Shown here: piece after piece, positions 58,073 to 64,000 of the stretch
How positions within the stretch are numbered: the first letter of the stretch is position 1
Layout: each line of letters starts with the position of its first letter
DNA from: an uncultured Bacteroidota bacterium
GTDB taxonomy: Bacteria > Bacteroidota > Bacteroidia > 2-12-FULL-35-15
Assembly (NCBI GenBank): GCA_903919535.1
Contig: CAIXIP010000008.1
Location: forward strand, 952-64,951
Length of the DNA stretch: 64,000 bases
Direction: 5' to 3'
The notes under the pieces: model-generated
Told to the model about the DNA's origin: nothing
Databases searched by the model: none
The model's input: only the letters and a program-made list of their open reading frames with translations
Position numbers and translations under genes: made by a program

Positions 58073-58789
58073 ATGGAAAATATAAAAATACAAACCACAC
58101 AAAATGTAGATATTGAATATGAGTTGGCTAGTATTGGCGATCGTATTTTGGCTACTTTGTTAGATTATTTGTTTTTTATAGCTTATTTTTTTGTGATACT
58201 TTTAATTGCAGCACTTACTAACGATGCAGTCTTTGAAAGTATTGCAGTCATTTCACTTTTGTCACTGCCAATATTATTGTATGATTTACTTTGCGAAACT
58301 TTTTTTCAGGGTAAATCATTTGGAAAAATGATCATGAAAATTAAAGTAGTAAAATTAGATGGTACTCAAGCTAATTTTGGAGCTTATCTATTGCGATGGT
58401 TATTACGTGTTGTTGATACTCGAATATTTGGTGGCGCTATTGCCCTTATTGCTGTTTTGGTAAACGGTAAAGGTCAGCGCATCGGAGATATGGCTGCAGG
58501 AACAACGGTAATAAAAATGAAGGCCCAAATAACAATTAGCGATACTATTTTAAATAAAGTAAAACCTAATTATACGCTGGTTTTTCCAGAAGTGGCAAAG
58601 CTGAGTGATAATGATATTGCGATTATTAAAGATGTAATGCGAATAAGTATTCAAAGTGAAAATATGGAAGCAATTAAAAAACTGGCTCTCAAAACTAAAG
58701 CTGCGATGGGTATTACTACCAATTTGCCTCACACACAATTTTTAGCAACCGTTGTGCAGGACTATAGCCATTATAATTTTGATAAATAA
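58073..58789 (+). CDS. RDD family protein
   Basis: T.QNV.I.Y.LAS.G.RILA..LD, GKS.GK, QRIGDMAAGT.V. Confidence 0.9.
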   Translation: MENIKIQTTQNVDIEYELASIGDRILATLLDYLFFIAYFFVILLIAALTNDAVFESIAVISLLSLPILLYDLLCETFFQGKSFGKMIMKIKVVKLDGTQANFGAYLLRWLLRVVDTRIFGGAIALIAVLVNGKGQRIGDMAAGTTVIKMKAQITISDTILNKVKPNYTLVFPEVAKLSDNDIAIIKDVMRISIQSENMEAIKKLALKTKAAMGITTNLPHTQFLATVVQDYSHYNFDK

Positions 58790-58804
58790 TGTTTTAGTCA
58801 TTAA

Positions 58805-59056
58805 TCATTCTATTTCACTTTCAGTAGTCTTAAAATAAAAATATTTTATTTCACAACTAGTTTCATTCCAGGAAATAGCAGAATAATTATTTTTGTAATA
58901 GTCGTTACACTCGGCTGTTGCCTTTTTCTTTGTGTCTTTTACGGTAAACACTGCTATGGTGCCTGATGGGTCTGTGCAAACACAAGTGTAGTCTTTTTTG
59001 CAGCTTGAAAAAATGATAGATATTATAATTGGTAAAACAACTTTAATTGTTTTCAT
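58805..59056 (-). CDS. Small Cys-rich lipoprotein
   Basis: Lipobox FSSC followed by KKDYTCVC...AEC...SCEIK. Confidence 0.65.
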   Translation of the reverse strand: MKTIKVVLPIIISIIFSSCKKDYTCVCTDPSGTIAVFTVKDTKKKATAECNDYYKNNYSAISWNETSCEIKYFYFKTTESEIE

Positions 59057-59126
59057 GTTTTATGAAAAATATAAATTTGTTTGTTACTTTTTCGTGAAGA
59101 AAAAAAAGTTTTGTAAACGGAAAAAA

Positions 59127-61421
59127 TTAATGCTGAATAACAATTCTTTTCGTTAAAGCACCCGATTTTACTTTGCCTTCGGTTGCCAGCTCAACAACTT
59201 TAAAAACATAAATTCCTTGACTTAAATTTTCTGTGGAGATACCTAGTGAGCTGTTAAATATTTTTTGTGAAGAAATGATTTGCCCCATCACATTATATAT
59301 TTCCACCTGGAATCTACTGGTTGTATTATTTAAAATGTGAATTGTTACACTGTTGTCTGCCGGATTTGGAAATACTTCTAAATTCCAATGTATTGTATTG
59401 TCGTTGTTTTCTATAGTTTCGCTTAAACTCGATACTCCTTTATAAAATGCAGCTCCGCCTTGATAATTTCCGATCATAAAATCTAAATAGCCATCATTGT
59501 TGATATCTGTAGCTGTTGGTGAAGTATGTGCGCCTTCATAGATATTTAAATACGTTGAGTCAACTAATGTAAATGCTCCCGAAATGTTTCCATCAATATT
59601 ATCGAATAATCGCAAATAGCCATTTTCTGCGCCAACCAATAATTTTGTGACTCCAGCTTGTTTAAATAAGCACGGATAACTATATCCAGTGACGTATCCA
59701 TATTGGATCACTTTTACGTTTCCCCAAAAGTGTGAAACGGAATCCAAAACAGGAATTGTAGCGGTGGCACTTCCTGTGTGATGGTAAAATGCCAATTTCC
59801 CGCTGCGTCCTCCAATTACAATATCGTTTTTACCATCGTTGTCAACATCTATAATTTGTGGTGCGGCAAAATCTCCAACATCAATTGCACGATTACTCGA
59901 ATTTTTTAATGTAATAGGTGTTGTAACAAAACTTGCTGGAGCACCTGATAGGGCAGTGTTTTCATAATAAAATAATTTTCCGTCAAACATCCCGATAATC
60001 ATATCTCCATCACCATCTCCATCCATATCACCGAAAGCCGGTGCTAAATTTAATTTTCCTAGTGTGCTTAAATTATTGTAATCACGTGTTACTAAATCGA
60101 ATTTTGGATTGCTTGCTGTTCCTGTATTTTTAAACTGTGCTATTTTGCTTTGATAATTTGGTGAACCGTAATAGCCATAATTTCCAATGAATAGATCTTT
60201 TAATCCATCATTATCATAATCGAAAAATACAGGATAAGCACCCTCGCCAACATCAATTATATTGTCTTGTAGAAAATTTGATTGTTGAAATTGAAATACA
60301 GGAAAGTTTGTTGTGCCAGTGTTTTTGTAAAAAATTACACTATTAAAATTTTCAGAGCCGCTGGAGTTTGGACTTACAATCAAATCTTTTTTGCCATCGT
60401 TATTTACATCTAGATAATATGCGCAAGGAAATTGCGTAAGGTTAACTGCACTCGTACTTGAATTATTTGCCGGGAAAAGCGTGTCAACTGATATCATATT
60501 AGCAGAAGTTGGACTTCCTCCATTCATTACAGAAGTTAGATTATTATATGAAATCCCCCCTACAACAATATCTTTTGCTCCATCTCCATTTAGATCCATA
60601 CAAATTTCGCAGGAGCCTGAATGTCTGTCTGCTGAACGTTGGTCGCTATTAATTTCTATAATGCCTGGATTTGCAACATTACCAAAGCAAGTGTCATGTA
60701 ATGTGAATTTATTGTTTAGTGGGCTTTCGGCTGCATAACCCCAGCATCGGTTTTTCATCTGAAATTTTAAACTATCACAAGTGCCATATAATTCCATGCT
60801 CTGGTTTTGATGGTATTCCATAAATGTTCCTGTAATGGCAAATGTTACAACATCTAAATCGCCATCATTATCAATATCTGCAATTGATGGAATATCTACC
60901 GAACTGATGTATAAATTTATTAATCCACCTGCCGGAGGATTATAAATAGAGTATGTAAGCTGCTTTACTAAAGTAAATTGCAATCCTGTAGCTATGCTCG
61001 ATGTGTTTTTGTAAACATTGAATCCTCCACCGTAATCAGAATAGCTGAAAATGTCTTCTTTTCCATCACAATTATAATCACGAAGCAATGCCCAGTCATG
61101 TAGCTTTGGGAATTTGCTTTCGTATTTAGGGTCGTATTTGTAATCAACGGCATTTGCTGTGCCCGCATTTATATAAGTGCGTATCTTATTTCCCGTCCGA
61201 TCAAAAATAAAGAGATCTTTTATCCCATCTAAATTCAGGTCAATTTCAGATATCTGAATAAAATTCAATCCTCCTGCCCAAGGATTAAGAATAGTATTAC
61301 CGTTAATCTTTACAGGGATGCTGTCATTTTGCAAAAAAAAAGGCTGAGCAGACGCAATGTTTGTAAGAAACAAACAAACTAATAGTGCAGTAAAAGGGAT
61401 CTTTGATTTCAACATGATCAT
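59127..61421 (-). CDS. FG-GAP/VCBS repeat protein with T9SS type A sorting domain
   Basis: Repeated D.D.DG..D motifs; NPWAGG; C-terminal VFPNPA...IYN.MGQ...G.YV. Confidence 0.88.
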   Translation of the reverse strand: MIMLKSKIPFTALLVCLFLTNIASAQPFFLQNDSIPVKINGNTILNPWAGGLNFIQISEIDLNLDGIKDLFIFDRTGNKIRTYINAGTANAVDYKYDPKYESKFPKLHDWALLRDYNCDGKEDIFSYSDYGGGFNVYKNTSSIATGLQFTLVKQLTYSIYNPPAGGLINLYISSVDIPSIADIDNDGDLDVVTFAITGTFMEYHQNQSMELYGTCDSLKFQMKNRCWGYAAESPLNNKFTLHDTCFGNVANPGIIEINSDQRSADRHSGSCEICMDLNGDGAKDIVVGGISYNNLTSVMNGGSPTSANMISVDTLFPANNSSTSAVNLTQFPCAYYLDVNNDGKKDLIVSPNSSGSENFNSVIFYKNTGTTNFPVFQFQQSNFLQDNIIDVGEGAYPVFFDYDNDGLKDLFIGNYGYYGSPNYQSKIAQFKNTGTASNPKFDLVTRDYNNLSTLGKLNLAPAFGDMDGDGDGDMIIGMFDGKLFYYENTALSGAPASFVTTPITLKNSSNRAIDVGDFAAPQIIDVDNDGKNDIVIGGRSGKLAFYHHTGSATATIPVLDSVSHFWGNVKVIQYGYVTGYSYPCLFKQAGVTKLLVGAENGYLRLFDNIDGNISGAFTLVDSTYLNIYEGAHTSPTATDINNDGYLDFMIGNYQGGAAFYKGVSSLSETIENNDNTIHWNLEVFPNPADNSVTIHILNNTTSRFQVEIYNVMGQIISSQKIFNSSLGISTENLSQGIYVFKVVELATEGKVKSGALTKRIVIQH

Positions 61422-61545
61422 GATTGAAAAACAAAGATAAGAAAAACAAAATGAGGATTTACTCCTGTTCCTTGATTTAGCTCTACTTAATAAAGTAAAA
61501 TTGCCTGTAAATTATTATAAAATTGGTAAATAATAATTGTTATTC

Positions 61546-61553
61546 TATATTTG
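61546..61553 (+). promoter_or_regulatory. -7 promoter element for secDF
   Basis: TATATTTG(CA) about 100 nt upstream of ATG 61653. Confidence 0.55.
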
Positions 61554-61652
61554 CACCCTTATTTTGAAAAAATAAATAATTTTCGCTTTTCTGTTTGATC
61601 ACTATTTACAGACTAGCAACCATAAATAAACTATAATTTAATTATTACCATT

Positions 61653-64000
61653 ATGCAAAACAAAGGCGTTATAAGGCTATTTGCGATTTTATTATCACTT
61701 GCCTGTGCTTATTATTTAATGTTTACTTGGGTAGCAAACCGCATTATGAATGATGCAAATGCATATTCCCAAAGCTACATCGAAACAGCTCAAGTGCAAG
61801 ATGCAGCAAAAAAAGTATCTTCTAACCCCACAGAACAAAAACCTTATTTGGATTCTGTTCGCTCGGCTAAAAAGAACTTTTATTTGGATTCCATCAAAAA
61901 GAAGCCTGTGTATAACATGTTTATCACTTCTTATACATACGAGGAGGTTAGTAGCCGACAATTAAATCTCGGACTCGATCTTAAAGGTGGTATGAACGTA
62001 ACTCTTGAAGTTTCTGTTGCAGACATCATTCGCTCTTTGTCAAACAATAGCAATGATCCTACATTTAATCAGGCTTTGGTAAAAGCGGTTGAAAGACAAA
62101 AAACAGATGCAAAAGATTTTGTTACCCTTTTCGGTGAAGAATTCAAAAAAATTAATTCTGCTGCTCGATTAGCAATCAATTTTCAAACAATTGAATTAAA
62201 AGGTAAGATTGATTTTAATACTTCGGATGAAGATGTGTTGAACTTTTTACGTGATCGCGTAAAAGATGCGATTGAAACATCTGAAAATACCCTTCGTTCT
62301 CGTATTGATAAATTTGGAGTAACTCAACCAAATATTCAGCTTTTAGCAACTTCTGGTCGTATTCTAATAGAATTACCGGGTGTTACTGATAAAAGACGTG
62401 TTGAGAAATTATTGCAAGGAACAGCTAATCTTGAGTTCTGGGAAACTTTAGATAACAAAGATGTTTATCCTTTGCTTGAAAAAGCTAATACTCGTTTGAA
62501 AGAAATATTATCTCCTGCTGATACAGCAAAGCCTGTTGCTATTGATTCTTCTAAAGCTAAGGAAGCAGTAAAAACGGAAACTGCAAAAGTTAAACCTGAT
62601 TCATCAAAATCTTTATTGAATCAATTAAATGGCAAGGCTGATTCTGCAAAAGCTGGTGATCAACTTACTAAATTAAGCACTAAGGCTGATACTCTTGCCA
62701 AAATGCGTAAGGAAAATCCCTTATTCGCAGTTTTGAGTCCTGCAATTGGTCGTGATGACAAAGGTCAAGGAGTTTTGGGTAATGGACCTGTTGTTGGTTA
62801 TGCTGCAATTACAGACACTTCATTGGTTAACACCTATTTGAATTTGTCGAAGATCAAATCCATTTTTAAGCCATACACAAGATTTTTATGGACTTTCAAA
62901 CCATTTGATAAAGAGGAAACTACATTGCAACTTATTGCAATTGATGGGTCAAGTAACAGAGGCAAATCTCCATTATCAGGTGATGTAATTACAGATGCCC
63001 GTAAAGTATTTGAACAAGCAGGTTCTGGTTCTCCTCAAATTTCTATGAGTATGACTGCTGATGCAGCAAATACCTGGAAACATTTAACTCATGATAATAT
63101 TGGCAAATCTGTTGCTATTGTTTTAGATAACAGTGTATATTCATTCCCAACTGTTCAAGGTGAAATTGCTGGTGGTACTTCTTCCATTACAGGTAACTTT
63201 ACTATCAATGAGGCGGATGACTTAGTAAACATTTTAAAAGCTGGTAAATTACCTGCTCCTGCTCGTATTGTTGAAGAAAGCGTTGTTGGACCAACTTTAG
63301 GTGCTGAAGCGATTAGTAAGGGTTTTATGTCAACTCTTATAGCATTGGCACTGGTTCTGATTTTTATGGGATTATATTATAGCAAAGCAGGTTGGGTTGC
63401 TGATTTTGCGATGATCATCAATAACTTTTTTGTTGTTGGTATTTTAGCCTCTTTTCAGGCAGTATTAACTTTGCCCGGTATTGCTGGTATCGTATTGACC
63501 ATTGCCATGTCAGTAGATGCGAACATCCTTATTTTTGAGCGTGTACGAGAAGAGTTGAATTTAGGAAAAGGTACAGCATTGGCAATTAAAGAAGGATATC
63601 ACAATGCAATGTCATCTGTTATTGACTCCCACATTACTGGTTTATTACTTGGAATCATATTGTATGTGTTTGGAACAGGACCAATTCAGGGTTTCGCTAC
63701 AACATTGATTATCGGTATTATTTCATCTTTATTCTGTGCGATCTTTATCACACGTTTAGTTTTTGATCGTTGGTTAAGCAAGAACAAAGAAATTACATTC
63801 GGAAATAAATATACAGAACACGCATTTAAAAACTTCAAAATTGACTTTGTTAGCAAACGTAAATATTATTTCATCTTTTCAGGATTAATAATTGCTGCGG
63901 GTGTTTTTGCATATGTTAAAAAAGGAGGATTTAGTTTAGGTGTTGATTTTAAGGGCGGTCGTTCTTACGTTGTGCGTTTTGATGAAGCAAAACCAACTGA
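61653..64000 (+). CDS. secDF: Protein translocase subunit SecDF fusion (partial, runs off the window end)
   Basis: Manual translation MQNKGVIRLFAILL...LNLGLDLKGG...RIDKFGVTQP...LKAGKLPAP...TLPGIAG...VDANILIFERVREE, then the in-frame SecF motif LGVDFKGG near 63935. Confidence 0.95.
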   Translation, partial: MQNKGVIRLFAILLSLACAYYLMFTWVANRIMNDANAYSQSYIETAQVQDAAKKVSSNPTEQKPYLDSVRSAKKNFYLDSIKKKPVYNMFITSYTYEEVSSRQLNLGLDLKGGMNVTLEVSVADIIRSLSNNSNDPTFNQALVKAVERQKTDAKDFVTLFGEEFKKINSAARLAINFQTIELKGKIDFNTSDEDVLNFLRDRVKDAIETSENTLRSRIDKFGVTQPNIQLLATSGRILIELPGVTDKRRVEKLLQGTANLEFWETLDNKDVYPLLEKANTRLKEILSPADTAKPVAIDSSKAKEAVKTETAKVKPDSSKSLLNQLNGKADSAKAGDQLTKLSTKADTLAKMRKENPLFAVLSPAIGRDDKGQGVLGNGPVVGYAAITDTSLVNTYLNLSKIKSIFKPYTRFLWTFKPFDKEETTLQLIAIDGSSNRGKSPLSGDVITDARKVFEQAGSGSPQISMSMTADAANTWKHLTHDNIGKSVAIVLDNSVYSFPTVQGEIAGGTSSITGNFTINEADDLVNILKAGKLPAPARIVEESVVGPTLGAEAISKGFMSTLIALALVLIFMGLYYSKAGWVADFAMIINNFFVVGILASFQAVLTLPGIAGIVLTIAMSVDANILIFERVREELNLGKGTALAIKEGYHNAMSSVIDSHITGLLLGIILYVFGTGPIQGFATTLIIGIISSLFCAIFITRLVFDRWLSKNKEITFGNKYTEHAFKNFKIDFVSKRKYYFIFSGLIIAAGVFAYVKKGGFSLGVDFKGGRSYVVRFDEAKPT

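Noticed and set aside
61422..61652. Arrest-peptide uORF upstream of secDF
   Set aside because: No ORF with a signal peptide or arrest-like motif lies between the promoter element and the secDF ATG.
1..64000. rRNA, tRNA, CRISPR arrays, transposases, prophage genes
   Set aside because: None recognised. Intergenic gaps are short, with no regularly spaced repeats or cloverleaf-like sequences seen by eye.

Overview
AT-rich chromosomal window from a member of Bacteroidota, supported by gldD/gldE, T9SS C-terminal sorting domains, TAnnTTTG -7 promoters and a fused SecDF. It is mostly housekeeping and envelope genes: serS, rplU-rpmA, ssb, rsmA, kynU-kmo, hemL, gcvP, mlaEF-like, feoAB, manC-like, fumC, prfB with a programmed +1 frameshift, recX, a MoxR/DUF58/SpoIIM/RDD cluster and partial secDF. 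I see no rRNA, tRNA, CRISPR array, transposase or prophage. The most unusual elements are: (1) a divergent ECF sigma factor overlapping a membrane-anchored protein with two tandem GldK-like (FGE-fold) domains; (2) a stand-alone EF-Tu domain III-like protein upstream of the TPR-DUF4286-rsmA run; (3) a second ECF/zinc anti-sigma-TPR pair divergent from a barrel-less TonB plug protein; (4) an unannotated 52-aa CxxC lipoprotein before feoAB; (5) an orphan PD-(D/E)XK-like nuclease beside serS; and (6) two tandem paralogous T9SS cargo proteins with an unrecognised shared domain. All family calls come from motif recognition by eye, not database searches.
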